Positions 1 through 8,280 of a stretch of 24,000 nucleotides of DNA are shown piece by piece. The translations under genes were made by a program, and so were the position numbers. The notes beneath the pieces are model-generated. The model had not been told where the DNA came from and did not search any database. It worked only from the letters and a program-made list of their open reading frames with translations. Source of the stretch: Aliivibrio sifiae (GTDB lineage: Bacteria; Pseudomonadota; Gammaproteobacteria; Enterobacterales; Vibrionaceae); the NCBI RefSeq assembly GCF_002954715.1, contig NZ_MSCP01000003.1:9159-33158 (forward strand), read 5' to 3'. Positions within the stretch are counted from its first letter, which is position 1. Each line of letters begins with the position of its first letter.

Positions 1-1
1 T

Positions 2-133
2 CAGCTCTTAATGAATGAGTGTGAAGAAAGTGGCGCAAGCTTATTATTTGTCAGTCATGATCCTAGTTTAGAATCTTTGTTTGACCACAGTATTGATTTA
101 AGAGAGTTAAATAAAGTAGGAGATATCACATGA
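2..133 (+). CDS. ABC transporter ATP-binding protein, C-terminal fragment (5' end outside window)
   Basis: The frame open from the window edge reads QLLMNECEESGASLLFVSHDPSLESLFDHSIDLRELNKVGDIT*. LLFVSHD looks like the H-loop region of an ABC ATPase. Its TGA (131-133) overlaps the ATG (130-132) of the next gene (ATGA coupling). Confidence 0.6.
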   Translation, partial: QLLMNECEESGASLLFVSHDPSLESLFDHSIDLRELNKVGDIT

Positions 134-1389
134 TAGGTATCGCACAGCTGGCTTGGAAAAGTTTAAAAAACCGCAAAACAACCGTAATTCTAACCATTGT
201 AACTATCGCTATTTCTGTCATGTTATTGATGGGCGTTGAACGCATTAGAACACAAGCGAAAACAAGCTTTGCCAACACAATTTCCAATACAGATTTAATC
301 GTTGGAGCACGCTCAGGACAAGTAAACCTCTTACTTTATTCTGTATTTAGAATCGGTAATGCAACCAACAATATTGACTGGAAAAGTTATCAAGAGATTA
401 GCAATCAACGCTCTGTAAAATGGTCAATCCCTATTTCTCTTGGTGATTCACACAAAGGCTTTCGAGTCATGGGAACCAATCAAGATTACTTCCGGTTTTA
501 TCAATATGGAAAAAAACAACCGTTAGCTTTTAAAGAAGGTAAGCCTTTTACTCAATTATTCGATGTTGTCCTCGGTGCAGATGTTGCAAAAAAACTGAAC
601 TATCATCTTGGAGATAAGCTGATAATAGCGCATGGTATTAGCGATAAATCATTTACTCGTCATGATAAATTACCTTTTACGGTTACTGGTATTTTAGAAC
701 CAACAGGTACTCCAGTAGATAAAACATTGCATGTCTCACTGGGTGCAATAGAAGCAATACATGTCGGTTGGGAAAGTGGTGCCCACCTAGGTAATACACC
801 TGATGCTAATACGCTAGAACAGCATAAATTTGAACCAAAAGAAATCACTGCATTTATGTTAGGACTGAACTCAAAAATTCAGACTTTTGCATTACAACGT
901 TATATTAATGACTACACAAAAGAACCATTAAGCGCCATCCTTCCTGGAATTGCCTTGCATGAATTATGGGGAATGATGTCTGTGGCCGAGCAAGCACTAC
1001 TTGCGGTTTCTATCTTTGTTGTTGTTGCAGGTTTAATGGGAATGCTAACAAGCTTATTAACGAGCTTACAAGAGCGACGTCGTGAAATGGCAATTTTAAG
1101 ATCAATGGGAGCGCAGCCTAAGCATATTTTTACTTTACTGGTTAGTGAGGCAATCGTAATCACAAGCTTTGGGATCATTGTAGGCCTTATAGGCTTATAC
1201 TTATCATTAGTTATATTACAACCTATAATTCAGCAATATTATGGCATCGCCATTGAACTCACATTGCCAACATTATACGAGTTAAAACTGCTCGCTATTG
1301 TCTTGTTCTCAGGATTTATTATTGGGGTAATACCAGCAATTCAAGCCTATAAAAATTCACTCAGCGACGGCATGACAATTAGACTTTAA
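130..1389 (+). CDS. FtsX/MacB-type ABC transporter permease
   Basis: 419-aa ORF. It has an N-terminal TM helix (TVILTIVTIAISVMLLMGV), a roughly 250-aa extracytoplasmic domain, and three C-terminal TM helices around an ILRSMGA motif typical of the FtsX fold. It is coupled to the upstream ATPase fragment. Confidence 0.85.
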   Translation: MIGIAQLAWKSLKNRKTTVILTIVTIAISVMLLMGVERIRTQAKTSFANTISNTDLIVGARSGQVNLLLYSVFRIGNATNNIDWKSYQEISNQRSVKWSIPISLGDSHKGFRVMGTNQDYFRFYQYGKKQPLAFKEGKPFTQLFDVVLGADVAKKLNYHLGDKLIIAHGISDKSFTRHDKLPFTVTGILEPTGTPVDKTLHVSLGAIEAIHVGWESGAHLGNTPDANTLEQHKFEPKEITAFMLGLNSKIQTFALQRYINDYTKEPLSAILPGIALHELWGMMSVAEQALLAVSIFVVVAGLMGMLTSLLTSLQERRREMAILRSMGAQPKHIFTLLVSEAIVITSFGIIVGLIGLYLSLVILQPIIQQYYGIAIELTLPTLYELKLLAIVLFSGFIIGVIPAIQAYKNSLSDGMTIRL

Positions 1390-1398
1390 GAGGTACTC

Positions 1399-1884
1399 AT
1401 GAAGAACAAACTACTCGCTTTTATCTTACTAATATTGCCATTATTCGCACACAGTGATGATGTATTAAAGCTTGATTGGTTAGACTTAATTCCACAACAA
1501 GAACGTAATCAATTTGATTCAATGGGTATGCCAAAAATAGATCATAATGGTGGCACCATGCAGCAATCTCTTGTTGGTGGGGTTAGACAGGAATTAAACG
1601 GAAGTATGGTGAAAATCCCCGGTTTTGTTATTCCACTAGAAGGGGATGACAAAATGATTACCGAGTTCTTACTTGTCCCTTATTTTGGTGCTTGTATCCA
1701 TGTTCCGCCACCACCACCAAACCAAATCATCTACGTCAAATTTGAAAAAGGAGCACCGATCCAACAACTATGGGATGTGATTTATATTGTAGGGAAATTG
1801 AAGACTGAAACCATTAATAGTGAACTTGCAGAAACAGGGTATCTTATTGAAGGTGTTCGCTTAGAAGAATATGAGGACGAATAA
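1399..1884 (+). CDS. Exported DUF3299-like protein (ZrgD-like accessory component of the ABC system)
   Basis: 161-aa ORF starting 9 nt after the permease stop, with GAGG upstream. It has a signal peptide (LLAFILLILPLFAHS) and the motif LVPYFGACIHVPPPPPNQ, which I recognise as the DUF3299 signature. Confidence 0.8.
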   Translation: MKNKLLAFILLILPLFAHSDDVLKLDWLDLIPQQERNQFDSMGMPKIDHNGGTMQQSLVGGVRQELNGSMVKIPGFVIPLEGDDKMITEFLLVPYFGACIHVPPPPPNQIIYVKFEKGAPIQQLWDVIYIVGKLKTETINSELAETGYLIEGVRLEEYEDE

Positions 1885-1904
1885 ATAGTAATAACATAAT
1901 TGCA

Positions 1905-1957
1905 AACACTGGTTTATTTTAAATAATCATACATAATGAGAAAGATAAACCAGTGTT
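1905..1957. repeat. Perfect 13-bp inverted repeat (AACACTGGTTTAT / ATAAACCAGTGTT) with a 27-nt spacer
   Basis: Read directly. 1905-1917 is the exact reverse complement of 1945-1957. It lies 21 nt after the DUF3299 gene stop. No T-tract follows it on either strand. Confidence 0.85.
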
Positions 1958-2019
1958 ACTGCGTAACCACTAGCTAAGGTAGCGCCAAGTAATATTTTTT
2001 TAAAACTTAATCCTTTCAT
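1927..2019 (-). CDS. Candidate 30-aa small hydrophobic protein (MKGLSFKKILLGATLASGYAVTLVYLSHYV)
   Basis: Hand-translated, not in the ORF track. ATG at 2019-2017 is preceded by AGGAAGAG about 5 nt upstream on the minus strand, and TGA is at 1929-1927. It has a basic N-terminus followed by one hydrophobic helix. Its 3' part overlaps the right arm of the inverted repeat. Confidence 0.3.
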   Translation of the reverse strand: MKGLSFKKILLGATLASGYAVTLVYLSHYV

Positions 2020-2198
2020 AACTCTTCCTATCTAACACAAATGCAGAATTAATATTTTAACAAATATTTATCATTTAGCTACATTTCAAGTGGTTTTTTA
2101 TAAGTATTTTCTAAATATTGTTCCGATATTAAAGTTTTTATTTCCTAATACCGATAATATAAAAATAGAACTATTAGTGATTAAGGCTAAGCGATCCC

Positions 2199-3092
2199 AT
2201 GAACTCACAACAAAGTGTCATCACAAAAGATGAACAACCTAAAGAACAACAAACACATAAAAAAGAGCACTATGTTGTTAGTAGTGCTCGACGCCTAAAA
2301 GAAATCGCACTAAAGCAAGGTTTAGCCGCTAAACTTCATCCACCAAAACCAGAAGAAACATTATTAAAGCGTGCCCTATATAGAGAAAAGCTCCTACGAG
2401 AGCAACAACAACAAAACTTAGAACAAATTATCAAGTTTGCTCATGATTATTGTAAAGATGAAACTGCCGGAGATCCTGACCCTGACTGGCTCCATCGATT
2501 CTTTGAAATGGCCAAAGACATTCATGATCCCTCAATGCAGCGCTTATGGAGTCAAATTTTCAAACAAGAGGTAATAACTCCTGGTTCTACCTCAATGAAA
2601 GCATTGAAAGTATTAAAAGACATGACTCAACGTGAAGCTCAAACTTTTCAGCGTGCGGCATCATTAGCTTGTAGTTTTGGGCAAGACAATAGCAAAAAGC
2701 TTTTGTTAGGTTATAAGTGTGCCGGCACTTTATTCAATTTCTATAAAGCTGACGGCCCACAATTAGTTCACTTAGGTAACTATAAACTTCCCTATTCAAG
2801 CTTGTTGTTATTAATTGAGCTCGGTTTATTACTTGGTACTGAACTTGAATCTGGTGAAATTGAATTTGAACCAGCACTGCCCCTTCAATATCAAGGAAAA
2901 CAATTAGCAATAAAGCCAATGCAAAAAGGCTCTCGCCTTGTGTATTACCGCTTTAGCCCAACAGGTGCTGAACTGTGTAAATTATTAGGTAATAAGCCCA
3001 ACGAAAGTTATTACGATAATGTCATTGCTTTACTCAGCCAAAAATTTATTGTGGAAACTGACGTAAAGAAAAGCATTTCAACCATGGCTTAA
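2199..3092 (+). CDS. Conserved hypothetical protein, DUF2806-like (TIGR03899-type)
   Basis: 297-aa ORF. The central motif DPDWLHRFFEMAKDIHDPSMQRLWSQIFKQEVITPGSTSMKALKVLKDMTQREAQTF matches my memory of the DUF2806 core (DW..RF...A..v.d..mQ.LW..il..E...PGs.S...L..L). The N-terminus is charged, Q/K-rich and low complexity. Confidence 0.7.
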   Translation: MNSQQSVITKDEQPKEQQTHKKEHYVVSSARRLKEIALKQGLAAKLHPPKPEETLLKRALYREKLLREQQQQNLEQIIKFAHDYCKDETAGDPDPDWLHRFFEMAKDIHDPSMQRLWSQIFKQEVITPGSTSMKALKVLKDMTQREAQTFQRAASLACSFGQDNSKKLLLGYKCAGTLFNFYKADGPQLVHLGNYKLPYSSLLLLIELGLLLGTELESGEIEFEPALPLQYQGKQLAIKPMQKGSRLVYYRFSPTGAELCKLLGNKPNESYYDNVIALLSQKFIVETDVKKSISTMA

Positions 3093-3096
3093 AAAT

Positions 3097-3128
3097 AAGC
3101 GTCCAAACCTACCTCGATTTGGGCGCTT
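3097..3128. terminator. Hairpin between convergent genes; probably the rho-independent terminator of the cysC operon
   Basis: AAGCGTCCAAA (3097-3107) pairs with TTTGGGCGCTT (3118-3128), giving 11 bp with one G-U and a 10-nt loop. On the minus strand the hairpin is followed by ATTTTT (3096-3091). On the plus strand no T-tract follows. Confidence 0.6.
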
Positions 3129-3148
3129 AAATATTATTCATTTTAAAG

Positions 3149-3763
3149 TTAAATAATCTCTCGAACTCTTAATTCATTTAGGCATTGATCAACAAGCGCA
3201 TCAATTGACTGACTACCAGCTGGTAGAGCAATCTCAGGATTGAGCGGTTGTTGGTATTCTGAATCAATACCTGTGAAATGCTTTATCTCTCCCGCTCTTG
3301 CTTTCTTATATAACCCTTTCGGATCTCTTTTTTCGCACTCGCTCAATGATGTGTTTACAAATACTTCTAAGAACTCATTATTAGGTAATAAATTTCTCAC
3401 CATTTCTCTTTCAGCTCTATGAGGTGAGATAAATGCACTTAATACAATTAGACCCGCATCTGCCATTAGTTTTGCTAGCTCACCAATACGTCGAATATTT
3501 TCTTGCCTATCATGATCCGAAAAGCCTAGATCCTGACATAAACCATGGCGAACATTATCACCATCCAACAAATAAGTATGATAGCCAAGCTCAACAAGTT
3601 TAATTTCTAGTGCACCAGCAATGGTTGATTTCCCTGCGCCTGACAATCCCGTAAACCATAGCACTGCGGGTTTTTGTTTCTTCAATATCGAACGAGTTTC
3701 TTTCGTTACTAGGTGTTGATGCCAAACGATATTTTCATTTTTAACAACGTCTTTAACTGTCAT
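3149..3763 (-). CDS. cysC: Adenylylsulfate (APS) kinase
   Basis: 204 aa. P-loop [15 protein letters not shown], plus [10 protein letters not shown] and [10 protein letters not shown] motifs characteristic of CysC. It is the last gene of the cysDN-containing operon. Confidence 0.95.
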   Translation of the reverse strand: MTVKDVVKNENIVWHQHLVTKETRSILKKQKPAVLWFTGLSGAGKSTIAGALEIKLVELGYHTYLLDGDNVRHGLCQDLGFSDHDRQENIRRIGELAKLMADAGLIVLSAFISPHRAEREMVRNLLPNNEFLEVFVNTSLSECEKRDPKGLYKKARAGEIKHFTGIDSEYQQPLNPEIALPAGSQSIDALVDQCLNELRVREII

Positions 3764-3777
3764 GTTTCATCCTTGAA

Positions 3778-5505
3778 TTAAAATGGGAAAAAATAGGGGA
3801 TTAGCGTCAATACCAATATCGAATAAATAATCGACATAGGCAATCCCACTTTTACGTAATCAAGTAGCGTGTAGTTACCCACACTAAATACTAATAAATT
3901 AGTTTGATAACCATAGGGAGAAATAAAACTCGCACTGGCTCCAAAAAGAACCGCCATAATAAATGGCATAGGATCAACGCCATAGCCAAGCGCCATACTA
4001 TAGCCAATAGGAAAAGCGAGAGCCGCTGCTGCATTATTGGTAATTAATTCTGTTAATACGAGAGTAATCAAATAGACAGCAATTAACGCCCCCATCACTC
4101 CCCATCCATTAAACAATGTGATAAACATATCGCCAAGCTGAACTGACAATCCTGATGACAACATCAATTGAGCGATTGATAATGCGGCGCCAACAATAAC
4201 AACGATATCAATGGGAAATCGACGACGTAACTCACCAACATTAACCACTCCTAACGCCAAAAGAGCCAACAAATAAACAGACAACCCCTTAATAATTGGA
4301 AATATATCTAACAACTCAGCGGCAACAACTCCTGCAAACCCTAATAAAACTAAAGCGCTTTTATCTCCATCTAGTTTTGCTGCTGAATCTAAATCACTGA
4401 TAATGACAAACTCTCGCTTAAGCTGCTGTTTACTTTGTTCAAAATTTTTACCTGGCACTAAGACTAACGTATCGCCAGCTTGCAATTCAATTTTCCCCAA
4501 ACCACCTTCAAGGCGTTCGTGCCCACGTCGAATAGCTACGACTACCGCATCAAATCGATCTCTAAATTGTGACGATTTAATGCTCTTCCCGCGAATAGAA
4601 GCTGACTGACTTACCACTACTTCAATTAAATTTTGCCCATTTAAATGATGTTGACCAAAAAGTGTTAACCCATTGATTTCTTGCAACGTAGTAACGCTTT
4701 CAATATCACCACAAAAAAGCAGTCGGTCTCCTGCAAGCAGCACCATTTCAGGATCAACTGATGCAATGGTTTTCCCTTCTCTTATCACTTCTGCTAAAAA
4801 TAGTTTCCGTAAAGCTCGTAAATTATTCTCTGCAATTGATTTACCAACCAATGGAGAGCCACCTTCAACCCTTGCCTCTAAAAAATAAGGTAATTCATCA
4901 TTACTACCTTCATCGTATGCCGGTAATAAATAACTCAATGGAATTAAAATTAATAGCCCACCAAACAATACAGCTAATCCAATTGCGGTTGGGGCAAAGA
5001 AACTCAAACTTGGTAAACCAGCATCTTCAACAAAACTATTAATAATAAGGTTGGTTGATGTGCCAATTAGAGTCAGTGTTCCACCTAAAATAGCAGCATA
5101 AGAAAGAGGAATAAGAAGACGGGATGGAGCATGACGTTGATTGCGTTTTATTGCACCAATTAAAGAAACCACTACCGCGGTATTATTAGTAAAAGAAGAA
5201 AGGACAGCAGTCGATAGACCTAATTTGCCTACCACACTCCCTAACCTTCCCTCTGAAATATAACGCCCAACCCAACTGATAAGACGTGTTTTTTCTAAAG
5301 CACAAGAACTCAGGATCAATAGCACTAACGTCAATAATGACGAGTTAGTAAAGTTTTTTGCCAAGCTAGGTAAATCAAGCATACCTACCATAAAAGCAAT
5401 AAACGCCGAGCCTGCAAAAATCACACTAGGTTTTAATTTACTCGCTAGTAAACTAACGATAATAAATGCCAACAATGCTAGAACGAATCCTTGTTCCCAT
5501 GCCAT
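3778..5505 (-). CDS. SLC13/DASS-family anion permease with two central TrkA-C (RCK_C)-like domains; putative sulfate transporter
   Basis: 575-aa polytopic membrane protein. A soluble insert of about 170 aa carries two repeats of the pattern G.s......lr.......v.r.g......p...L..GD.L.. (LVGKSIAENNLR...LLAGDRLLF and IRGKSIKSSQFR...LQAGDTLVL). It sits 20 nt after cysN and 14 nt before cysC. Confidence 0.85.
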   Translation of the reverse strand: MAWEQGFVLALLAFIIVSLLASKLKPSVIFAGSAFIAFMVGMLDLPSLAKNFTNSSLLTLVLLILSSCALEKTRLISWVGRYISEGRLGSVVGKLGLSTAVLSSFTNNTAVVVSLIGAIKRNQRHAPSRLLIPLSYAAILGGTLTLIGTSTNLIINSFVEDAGLPSLSFFAPTAIGLAVLFGGLLILIPLSYLLPAYDEGSNDELPYFLEARVEGGSPLVGKSIAENNLRALRKLFLAEVIREGKTIASVDPEMVLLAGDRLLFCGDIESVTTLQEINGLTLFGQHHLNGQNLIEVVVSQSASIRGKSIKSSQFRDRFDAVVVAIRRGHERLEGGLGKIELQAGDTLVLVPGKNFEQSKQQLKREFVIISDLDSAAKLDGDKSALVLLGFAGVVAAELLDIFPIIKGLSVYLLALLALGVVNVGELRRRFPIDIVVIVGAALSIAQLMLSSGLSVQLGDMFITLFNGWGVMGALIAVYLITLVLTELITNNAAAALAFPIGYSMALGYGVDPMPFIMAVLFGASASFISPYGYQTNLLVFSVGNYTLLDYVKVGLPMSIIYSILVLTLIPYFFPF

Positions 5506-5525
5506 AAAATATTCCTTTTAAGCGA

Positions 5526-6962
5526 TTAACCTAACAGCTTAGAAATATCTTGTGCTCCCCAATGAGGGAAATGTTTACGAACTAACGCATTTAACTCCAC
5601 CTCAAACGCACTGACATTATCATTAATAGGTTTCACATCACTCAGTTCAGAAAGGTTTTGGATCATCCCTGCTCCTACCGTTACATTCGTTAAGCGATCA
5701 ATAAAAATGAAACCACCAGTATCTGCACAATCTTGGTAGCGATCTAAACTTACCGTCTCAGTTAGTGATACATCACATAAGCCAATACCATTTAATGGTA
5801 GCTCTGTGGCATCAAATGTATCTAAACTATTAATGTTCACTTGGTGATGAATGGCATCAATTTGACCTACCGTTTTCTTACCTGCAATTTTGATATCGTA
5901 TTGACGACCAGGTTGTAAGCCTTTTTCTGTCATCCATACAATTTCAGCTTTAAATTGATCTGTCGCCTGTAGATTTGTATTCGATTTAACTAACAAGTCA
6001 CCACGGCTAACATCAATTTCATCTTCCAACGTTAACGTCACTGCTTGGCCAGCTTGTGCCGAAGGTAAATCACCATCAAACGTTACGATACGAGCAACTT
6101 TTGATTTTTTCCCTGATGGCAAAGCGATGATCTCATCCCCAACAGAAATCCCTCCTGCCGAAACGGTTCCAGCAAAACCACGAAAGTCCAAATTAGGGCG
6201 ATTCACATACTGCACTGGGAATCTAAATTCGCCATTACCTCGATCAGCATCAATATCAATATTCTCAAGAACCTCTAATAACGGAGCACCTTGATACCAA
6301 GCTAAGGCTTCGCTAGGGTTAACAACGTTATCTCCTTCTAATGCTGAGAGCGGTAAAATAGAAATTTCTAGATTAGGATTATTCAACTTTTTCGAAAACG
6401 TTAAGTATTCTTCTTTAATCTCTTCAAAACGAGATTCAGAATAATCAACTAAATCCATTTTATTTACCGCTACAACAAAATGACGGATACCTAAAAGGTT
6501 CGCGATATAAGAATGACGACGAGTTTGGTCAAGCACACCTTTACGTGCATCAATCAAAATAACAGCAACATTACAGGTTGATGCTCCCGTTGCCATATTA
6601 CGAGTGTACTGCTCATGTCCCGGAGTATCTGCAATAATAAACTTACGCTTTTGAGTTGAGAAATAACGATAAGCAACATCAATCGTGATCCCTTGTTCAC
6701 GCTCAGCTTGTAAGCCATCAACCAACAAAGCTAAATCAGGGCGATCGCCCGTTGTCCCCACTCGCTGACTATCGGCATGAACCGCATCGAGTTGATCTGC
6801 ATAAATTTGCTTTGAATCATGTAGCAATCGGCCTATGAGGGTACTTTTACCATCATCCACCGAACCACAGGTTAAAAATCGAAGTAATGATTTGTATTGA
6901 TGTTCTTTCAAATAAGCTTCAATACCAAGCTCTTCCAGTTGCTGCTCTACTGCACTATTCAT
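5526..6962 (-). CDS. cysN: Sulfate adenylyltransferase subunit 1 (GTPase)
   Basis: 478 aa. GTPase motifs GSVDDGKST (G1), DTPGHEQY (G3) and NKMDL (G4). It follows cysD with a 28-nt gap. Confidence 0.95.
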   Translation of the reverse strand: MNSAVEQQLEELGIEAYLKEHQYKSLLRFLTCGSVDDGKSTLIGRLLHDSKQIYADQLDAVHADSQRVGTTGDRPDLALLVDGLQAEREQGITIDVAYRYFSTQKRKFIIADTPGHEQYTRNMATGASTCNVAVILIDARKGVLDQTRRHSYIANLLGIRHFVVAVNKMDLVDYSESRFEEIKEEYLTFSKKLNNPNLEISILPLSALEGDNVVNPSEALAWYQGAPLLEVLENIDIDADRGNGEFRFPVQYVNRPNLDFRGFAGTVSAGGISVGDEIIALPSGKKSKVARIVTFDGDLPSAQAGQAVTLTLEDEIDVSRGDLLVKSNTNLQATDQFKAEIVWMTEKGLQPGRQYDIKIAGKKTVGQIDAIHHQVNINSLDTFDATELPLNGIGLCDVSLTETVSLDRYQDCADTGGFIFIDRLTNVTVGAGMIQNLSELSDVKPINDNVSAFEVELNALVRKHFPHWGAQDISKLLG

Positions 6963-6990
6963 AATTTAATCCTTCCTTAGATGCCCGATA

Positions 6991-7899
6991 TTAAAAGTAA
7001 CCTTGACGTTTTTTCAGCTCCATCGACCCCGATGAATCATGGTCTATCGCCCGTCCTTGACGCTCACTAGAGGTCGCAACTAACATCTCTTCAATAATTT
7101 CAGGTAAGGTATTAGCGGTAGATTCCACAGCCCCTGTCAATGGGTAACAACCTAGGGTTCTAAAACGAATGTCTTTATGTTGAATCTCTTCACCCTCTTC
7201 TAACTCTAAGCGCTCATCGTCTACCATGATCAACATGCCATCACGTTCAACAACTGGGCGTTTTTCAGATAAATAGAGCGGAACAATTTCAATGTTCTCT
7301 AAATAGATGTATTGCCAGATATCGAGTTCTGTCCAATTTGATAATGGGAATACTCGAATACTCTCCCCTTTATTCACTTGACCGTTATAAGTATTCCATA
7401 ACTCTGGACGTTGATTTTTCGGATCCCACGTATGATTTTTATCTCGGAATGAATAAACACGTTCTTTTGCACGAGACTTCTCTTCATCACGACGAGCCCC
7501 ACCAAATGCCGCATCAAAACCGTATTTATTAAGTGCTTGTTTTAATCCTTGAGTTTTCATGATGTCGGTATGCTTTGATGACCCATGAACAAATGGGTTA
7601 ATTCCCATTTCCATGCCTTCAGGGTTTTTGTGTACTAATAAGTCAAAACCATATTTTGCGGCAGTCTTCTCACGGAACTCAATCATCTCTTTAAATTTCC
7701 AATCTGTATCAACATGAAGAAGTGGGAATGGAATTTTTCCTGGGTAGAAAGCTTTACGAGCAAGATGCAACATTACTGAGGAATCTTTACCAATCGAATA
7801 CATCATGACTGGATTATCAAACTCCGCCGCCACTTCACGGATAATGTGAATACTTTCGGCTTCTAGTTGTTGTAGGTGGGTTAGTCTTTGTGCGTCCAT
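6991..7899 (-). CDS. cysD: Sulfate adenylyltransferase subunit 2
   Basis: 302 aa, the same length I remember for E. coli CysD. It has the PP-loop variant [13 protein letters not shown] and a C-terminal ELKKRQGYF. Confidence 0.95.
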   Translation of the reverse strand: MDAQRLTHLQQLEAESIHIIREVAAEFDNPVMMYSIGKDSSVMLHLARKAFYPGKIPFPLLHVDTDWKFKEMIEFREKTAAKYGFDLLVHKNPEGMEMGINPFVHGSSKHTDIMKTQGLKQALNKYGFDAAFGGARRDEEKSRAKERVYSFRDKNHTWDPKNQRPELWNTYNGQVNKGESIRVFPLSNWTELDIWQYIYLENIEIVPLYLSEKRPVVERDGMLIMVDDERLELEEGEEIQHKDIRFRTLGCYPLTGAVESTANTLPEIIEEMLVATSSERQGRAIDHDSSGSMELKKRQGYF

Positions 7900-7946
7900 G
7901 TGTTTTGTCCTTTAGGCTAAATTTGGTAATGGCACCTATTATCGAA

Positions 7947-7968
7947 ATTGATTGCGTATTGATTGCAT
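7947..7968. promoter_or_regulatory. Tandem 11-bp direct repeat ATTGATTGC(G/A)T x2, with the second copy forming the palindrome ATTGAT-TGC-ATCAAT
   Basis: Read directly at 7947-7957 and 7958-7968, with ATCAAT completing at 7972. It lies 48-73 nt upstream of the cysD start in the cysD/cpdB divergent region. Its function is unknown. Confidence 0.3.
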
Positions 7969-8280
7969 CAATTTTCTTTTCCATTAGGTAGCTATTTTTC
8001 ATTCCAATAGAAGCACTATAGACGGGTTACTTTATTACCTGAAATTCTAAAATTTCATTTTTTATTCGATTTAATGCTAACGACTATGAATAAAAAGGTT
8101 TCATTTAAAAATCGTAAATTAAAAGCAGAAGATGAATTTATAGTTAAGCTGTGATCTAGTTACCGTAAAGCACACTGGAACGCGATCAGCAGCACACATT
8201 GAGAGAACGATTACATTTATAACATTATCAATCTGTTATCTTACTTGGTGCTTTTATGATTATCACCCTTGGAGAACACT

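Noticed and set aside
660-1178. Minus-strand ORFs 660-848 and 912-1178 inside the permease gene
   Set aside because: They lie entirely antisense to a long, well-supported CDS. They are Cys/Ser-rich or low-complexity translations with no SD. These are typical shadow ORFs.
1905-1957. The 13-bp inverted repeat as the rho-independent terminator of the ABC/DUF3299 operon
   Set aside because: The loop is 27 nt and no T-tract follows on either strand. I therefore report it only as an inverted repeat of unknown function.
2734-5042. Short opposite-strand ORFs 2734-2919, 3240-3422, 4403-4609, 4673-4888 and 4761-5042
   Set aside because: All are nested antisense within the DUF2806-like, cysC or SLC13 permease genes. 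They have no recognisable motifs or ribosome-binding sites.
8269-8280. TTG start for cpdB at 8269
   Set aside because: The GGAG at 8271-8274 would then lie inside the ORF. ATG 8281 has this GGAG at proper spacing and gives a canonical signal peptide beginning MKLS.
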